Translations under genes and position numbers: made by a program
Notes under the pieces: generated by a model
Told to the model about the DNA's origin: nothing
The model's database searches: none
What the model saw: the letters and a program-made list of their open reading frames with translations, nothing else
Assembly (NCBI GenBank): GCA_965219575.1
Contig: OZ244779.1
Span: 876,769 to 940,768 of the forward strand
Direction: 5' to 3'
Length of the DNA stretch: 64,000 nucleotides
Source of the DNA: Candidatus Oxydemutatoraceae bacterium
Lineage (GTDB): Bacteria > Pseudomonadota > Gammaproteobacteria > Poriferisulfidales > Oxydemutatoraceae
Shown here: positions 19,878 through 32,100 of the stretch, one piece after another
Numbering within the stretch: the stretch's first letter is position 1
Layout: each line of letters begins with the position of its first letter

Positions 19878-20035
19878 AGTGTTATTTCTTGTTGAAATGC
19901 TTAAATTACAAACTAGATTATAGCATCGGAGAGGGATGTTTGATTAATTGTTCACTGATTTTTCATGGGAACCATTATTTGTTGGCGCAGGGTGGTTGGG
20001 CTCGTGCATAACAATACTTTAGGCAAATCAAAATG

Positions 20036-20127
20036 GCCGATTGACCTACTGGCTCAATCGGCGGCTTTGTATTGCCGATTGACCTACAAGCTCAATCGGC
20101 GGCTTTGTATTGCCGATTGACCTACTG
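20036..20127. repeat. Palindromic repeat cluster (about 2.5 copies, 38-bp period)
   Basis: Reverse orientation of the 613-677 array. The third partial copy includes the CAG TAG end of the giant gene. Confidence 0.88.
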
Positions 20128-23100
20128 AAGGAGACCCTCTAAAAATACTCTGACCTGTATTCTGATAACTGAAGTCAATGGGGTATAAACCTGCGCCGGT
20201 GAATAGACTATCTCTCTATAACCTTGTTCGTCGGTATAGCTTGCTTCGGCACGGAAGCTGTTGCCCCTTACTAAAATCTCGGAACCCGATACGATTAAAT
20301 ACGGTGTTGTCATTGCGCCCACAATATCGTTCCAGTTCCCTTTTACCGAGCAATCTACATTCACCGAGCAGACTTGCCATTGATACATCACAGCCTCACT
20401 GGGATCACCGTCGGGGTCGCTGCTCAGTATCGCTGCCGTGAGTGTCGTCGCATCGTTTCCTGTCCCTACCAAGACACCTATAGTGATAGCACCGTTATTT
20501 ACCTTATTCACCACCACCGAGGTCATCCCTATCGTAGTCGTCGTCCCGTCGCTTATCACGATTTTTATGTTCACCGTCGTGTCGCTAGATACCGCATCTA
20601 CGAAGTTGGGCGGAACAATCAAGGTTACCGTCGCTGAGGTTGCATCGTTTAATGTCCCGGTATTTGTGCGCCAGCTATAAGTCAAGTCATCGTAGTTCGG
20701 GTCGCTCGCAGTCACAACGACAGTGATGTTTTGTGTCGCAGTTGTCTCGTCTATCGTCTGCGGGTCGGTGATGCTCACAATCACCGGGCTTTCGTTGGCA
20801 ACCGTATAGACATTGGATTGCGTCGTCACCGATTGACCGATATTATCTACAACCGTTGCCTCCAGCCTATAGCGTGTGCCGGCGGTTCGCGACGCACGAT
20901 TGTCGGGGATGCGATATGCATTCTCGGTTGCACCGTCTATCAAAATGTCGTTGATGAACCAACGATAGCTGGTCGTCGCAATCCCGTTGGCATCGTCTAG
21001 ACCACTTGCACGCAACAACCATCTATCATTAACGACCGTTGCGATGCGTAGCGCAGTCGGTGGCGCATCTATCAGTAGTGTGAAGGTTGTCTGCGCACTG
21101 CCACCTCTGCCGTCATCCGCCAACACCGTCACAATCGAGCCTGCCGTGTTTCGGCTGGCATCGGCATCGGTTGCCGTGAAGGTCCATACACCGGTCATAG
21201 TGCTGAAGCCGTCAATCAAGCCACTCATCGGTGCTATTGCGATATTGTATGTCAATGTATCGCCGTCGGCATCCATAAAGAACTCACTAACATCTCGTTC
21301 AAACGGCACACCGACCGTTGCGATAACTCGGGTCGGTACCCGATCGCTAAGTATCGGCGAAGTATTGACTGCTACTTCCAAAGTACGACTACTGCTTAAA
21401 TCTGCGCTGTCGGTTGCGGTAAAGGTAATCGTTGCCATACCACTTTGCAAAGCGTTTAGCATAAAAGTTCTAGCCGTATTGTCGGTTATGCCGGTAATTT
21501 GAATCGGCATCACCGACACGATAGTTCGGCTCGACGACATTGCCGTCAATATAACAACATCGTTCAAATTGAAGTTGCTGTCCGCAACCGAGACGACGAT
21601 ATGCGCCGTGCTATTGAGCGGTAGCGTCTGCGCAGTGGAAGGTGTCAGTGTAATTATCGGTGGGGTGTTCGCTTCCACCTGCACCGCAAATTGTGCCGAG
21701 ACCTGCGAGTTTGCTACACCTCTGCCGTCGTTCACCGTCACCGTAATCGTCGTATTGCCGGCACCGACACCGACAATCTCAAGCGTGCGCATGATTCCAT
21801 TGCCACTGGCATTGACCGTTGCAATCTGCGTGTCATTGGACTCAACTGCTATCGTCAGTATATCGTCGGCATTGGCATCGCCTAGTGTCACATCTATCGA
21901 AGTATTCATACCTTCCAATAGCCTGAGCGGTTGCTCGGGAATACCGCTCAGCGTCGGTGGTGCGTTGACACGCACCGACAAGGAGGCACTGTCGCTTAGC
22001 CCGTTGCTGTCCTTCGCAATGAAAGTCACCGTTGCCACACCATCTTGCTCGGCATCCAGCACGAAGCGCATACTCCTATCGGTCGTTATATCGGTAACTT
22101 GCATCGGCATCACCGACACAATAGTTCGGCTTGACGACATTGCCGTCAATATAACAACATCGTTCAAATTGAAGTTGCTGTCCGCAACCGAGACGACGAT
22201 ATGCGCCGTGCTATTGAGCGGTAGCGTCTGCGCAGTGGAAGGTGTCAGTGTAATTATCGGTGGGGTGTTCGCTTCCACCTGCACCGCAAATTGTGCCGAG
22301 ACCTGCGAGTTTGCTACACCTCTGCCGTCGTTCACCGTCACCGTAATCGTCGTATTGCCGGCACCGACACCGACAATCTCAAGCGTGCGCATGATTCCAT
22401 TGCCACTGGCATTGACCGTTGCAATCTGCGTGTCATTGGACTCAACTGCTATCGTCAGTATATCGTCGGCATTGGCATCGCCTAGTGTCACATCTATCGA
22501 AGTATTCATACCTTCCAATAGCCTGAGCGGTTGCTCGGGAATACCGCTCAGCGTCGGTGGTGCGTTGACACGCACCGACAAGGAGGCACTGTCGCTTAGC
22601 CCGTTGCTGTCCTTCGCAATGAAAGTCACCGTTGCCACACCATCTTGCTCGGCATCCAGCACGAAGCGCATACTCCTATCGGTCGTTATATCGGTAACTT
22701 GCATCGGCATCACTGATACGATGGTTCGGCTTGACGACATTGCCGTCAATGTAACAACATCGTTCAAATTGAAGTTGCTGTCCGCAACTGAGACGACGAT
22801 ATGCGCCGTGCTATCGAGCGGTAGTGTCTGCATTGTTGACGGTGTCAGTGTAATCATCGGTGCGATGTTTGCTTCCACCTGCACCGCAAATTGTGCCGAG
22901 ACCTGCGAGTTTGTTGCACCTCTGCCGTCGTTCACCGTCACCGTAATCGTCGTATTGCCGGCACCGACACCGACAATCTCAAGCGTGCGGACGGCTCCAC
23001 TACCACTGGCATTGACCGTTGCAATCTGCGTGTCATTGGACTCAACTGCTATCGTCAGGGTATCATCGGCATTGGCATCGCCTAGTGTCACATCTATCGA

Positions 23101-26100
23101 AGTATTCATACCTTCCAATAGCCTGACCGGTTGCTCGGGAATACCGCTCAGCGTCGGTGGTGCGTTGACACGCACCGACAAAGCCGCACTGTCGCTTAGC
23201 CCGTTACTATCCTTCGCAATGAAAGTCACCGTTGCCACACCACTTCGCTCGGCACTCAGTACGAAGCGTATACTCATATCGGTCGTTATATCGGCAACTT
23301 GCATCGGCACCACCGACACAATGGTTCGGCTCGACGACATTGCCGTCAATGTAACAACATCGTTCAAATTGAAGTTGCTGTCCGCAACCGAGACGACGAT
23401 ATGCGCCGTGCTATCGAGCGGTAGTGTCTGCATTGTTGACGGTGTCAGTGTAATCGTCGGTGCGATGTTCGCTTCCACCTGCACCGCAAATTGTGCCGAG
23501 ACCTGCGAGTTTGTTGCACCTCTGCCGTCGTTGACCGTCACTGTAATTGTCGTATTGCCGGCACCGACACCGACAATCTCAAGCGTGCGCATGGTTCCAT
23601 TGCCACTGGCATTGACCGTTGCAATCTGCATGTCACTGGACTCAACCGCTATCGTTAGGGTATCGTCGGCATTGGCATCGCCCAGCGTCACATTTATCGA
23701 GGTATTCATACCTTCCAGCAGTCTGAGCGGTTGCTCGGGAATACCCTGCAGTGTCGGTGGTGCATTGACACGCACCGACAAGTCGGCACTGTGGCTTAGC
23801 CCGTTGCTGTCTTCTGCGGTAAAGGTAATCGTTGCCACACCACCTTGCAGTGCATTTAGCGTAAAGGTATTAGCCGTATTATCGGTTATGTCGGTAATCG
23901 TCGTCGGCGATGTCACAGACACAATCGTTTCATTCGATGACATTGCCGTCAATGTGATGTTGTCATTATCGCCATAATTACTATCGACTACCGAGACGAC
24001 GATATTAGCCGTGCTATTGAGCGGTAGCGTTTGCGCGGTTGAGGGTGTCAGCGTAATCGTCGGGTCGGTGTTTGCTTCCACCTGCACCGCAAATTGTGCC
24101 GAGACCTGCGAGTTTGTTGCACCTCTGCCGTCGTTGATCGTCACCGTAATTGTCGTATTGCCGGCACCGACACCGACAATCTCAAGCGTGCGCATAATTC
24201 CGTTGCTACTGGCATTGACCGTTGCAATCAATGTATCATTGGATTCAACTGCTATCGTCAGGGTATCGTCGGCATTGGCATCGCCCAGCGTCACATTTAT
24301 CGAGGTATTCATACCTTCCAGCAGTCTGAGCGGTTGCTCGGGAATACCGCTGAGTGTCGGTGGTGCATTGACACGTACCGACAGGGCGGCACTATGGCTT
24401 AGCCCGTTGCTGTCTTCTGCGGTAAAGGTAATCGTTGCCACACCACCTTGCAGTGCATTTAGCGTAAAGGTATTAGCCGTATCATCGGTTATGTCGGTAA
24501 TCGTCGTCGGCGATGTCACCGACACAATCGTTCGGCTTGATGACATTGCCGTCAGTGTAACAACATCGTTCAAATTGAAATTACCATCCGCGACCGAGAC
24601 GATGATATGCGCCGTGCTATCGAGCGGTAGCGTCTGTGGGGTTGAGGGTATCAATGTAATCATCGGCGCGATGTTCGCTTCCACCTGCACCGCAAATTGT
24701 GCCGAGACCTGCGAGTTTGTCGCACCTCTGCCGTCGTTCACCGACACCGTAATCGTCGTATTGCCGGCACCGATGCCGACAATCTCAAGTGTGCGCATGG
24801 TTCCGTCGCCACTGGCATTGACCGTTGCAATCTGCGTATCGCTGGATTCAACTGCTATCGTCAGGGTATCGTCGGCATTGGCATCGCCTAGTGTCACATC
24901 TATCGAAGTATTCATACCTTCCAGCAGTCTGAGCGGTTGCTCGGGAATACCGCTGAGTGTCGGCGGTGCATTGGCACGCACCGACAGGGCGGCACTGTGG
25001 CTTAGCCCGTTGTTGTCTTGTGCGGTAAAGGTAATCGTTGCCACACCACCTTGCAGTGCATTTAGCGTAAAGGTATTAGCCGTATCATCGGTTATGTCGG
25101 TAATCGTCGTCGGCGATGTCACCGACACAATCGTTTCATTCGATGACATTGCCGTCAATGTGATATTGTCATTATCGCCATAATTACTATCGACTACCGA
25201 GACGACGATATGCGCCGTGCTATTGAGCGGTAGCGTTTGCATTGTTGCAGGTGTCAATGTAATCATCGGTGCGATGTTCGCTTGCACCTGCACCGCAAAT
25301 TGTGCCGAGACCTGCGAGTTCGCTACACCTCTGCCGTCGTTGACCGTCACCGTAATCGTCGTATTGCCGGCACCAATGCCGACAATCTCAAGCGTGCGGG
25401 TAGCTCCGCTGCCACTGGCATTGACCGTTGCAATCAATGTATCATTGGATTCAACTGCTATCGTCAGGGTATCGTCGGCATTGGCATCGTCCAGCGTCAC
25501 ATTTATCGAGGTATTCATACCTTCCAGCAGTCTGAGCGGTTGCTCGGGAATACCCTGCAGTGTCGGTGGTGCATTGACACGCATCGACAAGTCGGCACTG
25601 TGGCTTAGCCCGTTGCTGTCTTCTGCGGTAAAGGTAATCGTTGCCACACCACCTTGCAGTGCATTTAGCGTAAAGGTGTTAGCCGTATTATCGGTTATGT
25701 CGGTAATCGTCGTCGGCGATGTCACCGACACAATGGTTCGGCTCGACGACACGGCCGTCAATGTAACAACATCGTTCAAATTGAAGTTGCTGTCCGCAAC
25801 CGAGATGACAATACCAGTCGTGCTATTGATCGCTAGCGTCTGCGCGGTTGAGGGTGTCAGTGTAATCGTCGGTGCGATGTTCGCTTCCACCTGCACCGCA
25901 AATTGTGCCGAGACCTGCGAGTTCGCCACACCTCTGCCGTCGTTCACCGACACCGTGATCGTCGTATTGCCGGCACCGACACCGACAATCTCAAGCGTGC
26001 GCATGGTTCCGTTGCCACTGGCACTGACCATTGCAACCTGCGTGTCATTGGACTCAACTGCTATCGTCAGTATATCGTCGGCATTGGCATCGCCTAGTGT

Positions 26101-29100
26101 CACATCTATCGAAGTATTCATACCTTCCAATAGCCTGACCGGTTGCTCGGGAATACCGCTCAGCGTCGGTGGTGCGTTGACACGCACCGACAAAGCCGCA
26201 CTGTCGCTTAGCCCGTTACTATCCTTCGCGATGAAAGTCACCGTTGCCACACCACTTCGCTCGGCACTCAGTACGAAGCGTATACTCATATCGGTCGTTA
26301 TATTGTCAACTTGCATCGGCACCACCGACACAATGGTTCGGCTCGACGACATGGCCGTCAATGTAACAACATCGTTCAAATTGAAATTACTATCCGCGAC
26401 CGAGACGATGATATTAGCCGTGCTATTGAGCGGTAGCGTCCGTGCGGTTGAGGGTGTCAATGTAATCGTCGGTGCGATGTTCGCTTTTACCTGCATCGCA
26501 AATTGTGCCGAGACTTGCGAGTTCGCTATACCTCTGCCGTCGTTCACCGCCACCGTAATCGTCGTATTGCCGGCACCGACCCCGACAATCTCAAGCGTGC
26601 GCATGGTTCCGTTGCCACTGGCATTGACCGTTGCAATCTGCGTATCGCTGGATTCAACTGCTATCGTCAGGGTATCGTCGGCATTGGCATCGGCTAGCGT
26701 CAATCTCAATTCGGTATTCATACCTTCCAACAGCCTGAGCGGTTGCTCGGGAATACCGCTCAGCGTCGGCGGTGCATTGGCACGCACCGACAGGACGGCA
26801 CTATGGCTTAGCCCGTTGCTGTCCTTCGCAATGAAAGTCACCGTTGCCACACCATCTTGCTCGGCATCCAGCACGAAGCGTATACGCGTATCGGTCGTTA
26901 TATCGGCAACTTGTATCGGCACCACCGACACGATGGTTCGGCTCGACGACATTGCCGTCAATGTGACGCGATCACCGTTAACATAATTACTATCTGCGAC
27001 CAAGACGACGATATTAGCCGTGCTATTGAGCGGTAGCGTTTGCGCTGTTGCAGGTGTTAGTGTAATCATCGGCGCGATGTTCGCTTGCACCTGTACCGCA
27101 AATTGTGCCGAAACTTGTGAGTTTGTCGCACCTCTGTCGTCGTTGACCGACACCGTAATCGTCGTATTGCCGGCACCGACACCGACAATCTCAAGCGTGC
27201 GCATGATTCCATTGCCACTGGCATTGACCGTTGCAATCTGCGTATCATTGGATTCAACCGCTATCGTCGGTATATCGTCGGCATTGGCATCGCCCAGCGT
27301 CACATCTATCGAAGTATTCATACCTTCCAATAGCTTGACCGGTTGCTCGGGAATATCGCTCAGCGTCGGCGGTGCATTGACACGCACCGACAGGGCGGCA
27401 CTGTGGCTTAGCCCGTTGCTGTCCTGTGCGGTAAAGGTAATCGTTGCTACACCATCTTGCTCGGCATCCAGCACGAAGCGTATACGCGTATCGGTCGTTA
27501 TATCGGCAACTTGTATCGGCACCACCGACACGATGGTTCGGCTCGACGACATTGCCGTCAATGTGACGCGATCACCGTTAACATAATTACTATCTGCGAC
27601 TGAGACGACGATATTAACCGTGCTATTGAGCGGTAGCGTTTGCGCTGTTGCAGGTGTTAGTGTAATCATCGGCGCGATGTTCGCTTGCACCTGTACCGCA
27701 AATTGTGCCGAAACTTGTGAGTTTGTCGCACCTCTGTCGTCGTTGACCGACACCGTAATCGTCGTATTGCCGGCACCGACACCGACAATCTCAAGCGTGC
27801 GCATGATTCCATTGCCACTGGCATTGACCGTTGCAATCTGCGTGTCATTGGACTCAACTGCTATCGTCAGTATATCGTCGGCATTGGCATCGCCTAGTGT
27901 CACATCTATCGAAGTATTCATACCTTCCAGCAGTCTGAGCGGTTGCTCGGGAATATCGCTCAGCGTCGGCGGTGCGTTGACACGCACCGACAGGTCGGCA
28001 CTGTGGCTTAGCCCGTTGCTGTCGGTTGCGGTGAAGGTAATCGTTGCCACACCACCTTGCAGTGCATTTAGCGTAAAGGTGTTAGCCGTATCATCGGTTA
28101 TATCGGTAATCGTCGTCGGCGATGTCACCAACACAATCGTTTCATTCGATGACATTGCCGTCAATGTAACAACATCGTTCAAATTGAAATTACTATCCGC
28201 GATCGAGACGACGATATGCGCCGTGCTGTTGAGCGGTAATGTTTGCATTGTTGCAGGTGTCAATGTAATCATCGGTGCGATGTTCGCTTCCACCTGCACC
28301 GCAAATTGTGCCGAGACTTGCGAGTTCGCTATACCTCTGCCGTCGTTCACCGACACCGTAATCGTCGTATTGCCGGCACCGACACCGACAATCTCAAGCG
28401 TGCGCATGATTCCATTGCCACTGGCATTGACCGTTGCAATCTGCGTGTCATTGGACTCAACTGCTATCGTCAGTATATCGTCGGCATTGGCATCGCCTAG
28501 TGTCACATCTATCGAAGTATTCATACCTTCCAATAGTTTGAGCGGTTGCTCGGGAATACCGCTCAGCGTCGGTGGTGCGTTGACACGCACCGACAGGGAG
28601 GCACTGTCGCTTAGCCCGTTGCTGTCCTTCGCAATGAAAGTCACCGTTGCCACACCATCTTGCTCGGCATCCAGCACGAAGCGCATACTCCTATCGGTCG
28701 TTATATCGGCAACTTGTATCGGCACCACCGACACGATGGTTCGGCTCGACGACATTGCCGTCAATATAACAACATCGTTCAAATTGAAATTACCATCTGC
28801 GACCGAGACAACGATATGCGCCGTGCTATTGATCGCTAGCGTCTGCGCGGTGGAGGGTGTCAATGTAATCGTCGGTGCGATGTTCGCTTGCACCTGTACC
28901 GCAAATTGTGCCGAGACCTGCGAGTTTGCTACACCTCTGCCGTCGTTCACCGACACCGTAATCGTCGTATTGCCGGCACCGGCACCGACAATTTCAAGCG
29001 TGCGCACGGCTCCGCTGCCACTGGCATTGACCGTTGCAATCTGCGTATCGCTGGATTCAACTGCTATCGTCAGGGTATCGTCGGCATTGGCATCGCCTAG

Positions 29101-32100
29101 TGTCACATCTATCGAAGTATTCATACCTTCCAATAGCTTGACCGGTTGCCCGGGAATACCGCTCAGCGTCGGTGGTGCGTTGACACGCACCGACAAAGCC
29201 GCACTGTGGCTTAGCCCGTTGTTGTCGGTTGCGGTAAAGGTAATCGTTGCCACACCACCTTGCAGTGCATTTAGCGTAAAGATGTTAGCCGTATTATCGG
29301 TTATATCGGTAATCGTCGTCGGCGATGTCACCGACACAATCGCTTCATTCGATGACATTGCCGTCAATGTGACGCGATCACCGTCGCCGTAATTACTATC
29401 TGCGACCGAGACGACAATATTAACCGTGCTATTGAGCGGTAGCGTTTGCGCTGTTGCAGGTGTTAGTGTAATCGTCGGTGCGATGTTCGCTTCTACCTGC
29501 ACCGCAAATTGTGCCGAGACCTGCGAGTTTGTCGCATCTCTGCCGTCGTTGACCGTCACCGTAATCGTCGTATTGCCGGCACCGACGCCGACAATCTCAA
29601 GCGTGCGCATGGCTCTGTTGCCACTGGCATTGACCGTTGCAATCTGTGTGTCGCTGGATTCAACCGCTATCGTTAGGGTATCGTCGGCATTGGCATCGCC
29701 CAGCGTCACATCTATCGAAGTATTCATACCTTCCAATAGCTTGACCGGTTGCTCGGGAATACTGCTCAGCGTCGGCGGTGCATTGGCACGCACCGACAAA
29801 GCCGCACTATGGCTTAGTCCGTTGTTGTCCTGTGCAGTAAAGGTAATCGTTGCCACACCACCTTGCTTGGCATCCAGCACGAAGTGCATACTCGTGTCGG
29901 TCGTTATATCGGCAACTTGTATAGGCACCACCGACACGATGGTTCGGCTCGACGACATGGCCGTCAGTGTGACGCGATCACTGTTAACATAATTACTATC
30001 CGCGACCGAGACAACGATATGCGCCGTGCTATTGAGCGGTAGCGTTTGCGCTGTTGCAGGTGTTAGTGTAATCATCGGCGCGATGTTCGCTTGCACCTGC
30101 ACTGCAAATTGTGCCGAGACCTGCGAGTTCGCTACACCTCTGCCGTCGTTGACCGTCACCGTAATCGTCGTATTGCCGGCACCGATGCCGACAATCTCAA
30201 GTGTGCGCATGATTCCGTTGCCACTGGCATTGACCGTTGCGATCTGCGTATCGCTGGATTCAACTGCTACCGTTAGGGTATCGTCGGCATTGGCATCGCC
30301 AAGCATCACATTTATCGAAGTATTCATACCTTCCAGCAGTTTGAGCGGTTGCTCGGGAATACCGCTCAGCGTCGGTGGTGCGTTGACACGCACCGACAAG
30401 GAGGCACTGTCGCTTAGCCCGTTGCTGTCCTTCGCAATGAAAGTCACCGTTGCCACACCCTCTTGCTCGGCATCCAGCACGAAGCGTATACGCGTATCGG
30501 TCGTTATATCGGCAACATGTATCGGCACCACCGACACGATGGTTCGGCTCGACGACATTGCCGTCAATGTGACGCGATCACCGTCGCCGTAATTACTATC
30601 TGCGACCAAGACGACGATATGCGTCGTACTATCGAGCGGTAGCGTCTGTGGAGTTGAGGGTGTCAATGTAATCATCGGTGCGATGTTCGCTTGCACCTGT
30701 ACCGCAAATTGTGCCGAGACCTGCGAGTTTGCTACACCTCTGCCGTCGTTCACCGACACCGTAATCGTCGTATTGCCGGCACCGGCACCGACAATTTCAA
30801 GCGTGCGCATGATTCCGTTGCCACTGGCATTGACCGTTGCAATTTGCGTATCGCTGGATTCAACTGCTATCGTCAGGGTATCGTCGGCATTGGCATCGCC
30901 TAGTGTCACATCTATCGAAGTATTCATACCTTCCAATAGCTTGACCGGTTGCTCGGGAATACCGCTGAGCGTCGGTGGTGCATTGGCACGCACCGACAAA
31001 GCCACACTGTGGCTTAGTCCGTTGTTGTCGGTTGCAGTAAAGGTAATCGTTGCCACACCACCTTGCAGTGCACTTAGCGTAAAGATGTTAGCCGTATCAT
31101 CGGTTATATCGGTAATCGTCGTCGGCGATGTCACCGACACAATCGCTTCATTCGATGACATTGCCGTCAATGTGACGCGATCACCGTCGCCGTAATTACT
31201 ATCTGCGACCGAGACGACAATATTAACCGTGCTATTGAGCGGTAGCGTTTGCGCTGTTGCAGGTGTTAGTGTAATCGTCGGTGCGATGTTCGCTTCTACC
31301 TGCACCGCAAATTGTGCCGAGACCTGCGAGTTTGTCGCATCTCTGCCGTCGTTGACCGTCACCGTAATCGTCGTATTGCCGGCACCGACGCCGACAATCT
31401 CAAGCGTGCGCATGGCTCTGTTGCCACTGGCATTGACCGTTGCAATCTGTGTGTCGCTGGATTCAACCGCTATCGTTAGGGTATCGTCGGCATTGGCATC
31501 GCCCAGCGTCACATCTATCGAAGTATTCATACCCTCCAGTAGTCTGAGCGGTTGCTCGGGAACACCTTGCAGCGTCGGCGGTGCATTGGCACGCACCGAC
31601 AAAGCCGCACTATGGCTTAGTCCGTTGTTGTCCTCTGCAGTAAAGGTAATCGTTGCCACACCACCTTGCTTGGCATCCAGCACGAAGTGCATACTCGTGT
31701 CGGTCGTTATATCGGCAACTTGTATAGGCACCACCGACACGATGGTTCGGCTCGACGACATGGCCGTCAGTGTGACGCGATCACTGTTAACATAATTACT
31801 ATCCGCGACCGAGACAACGATATGCGCCGTGCTATTGAGCGGTAGCGTTTGCGCTGTTGCAGGTGTTAGTGTAATCATCGGCGCGATGTTCGCTTGCACC
31901 TGCACTGCAAATTGTGCCGAGACCTGCGAGTTCGCTACACCTCTGCCGTCGTTGACCGTCACCGTAATCGTCGTATTGCCGGCACCGATGCCGACAATCT
32001 CAAGTGTGCGCATGATTCCGTTGCCACTGGCATTGACCGTTGCGATCTGCGTATCGCTGGATTCAACTGCTACCGTTAGGGTATCGTCGGCATTGGCATC

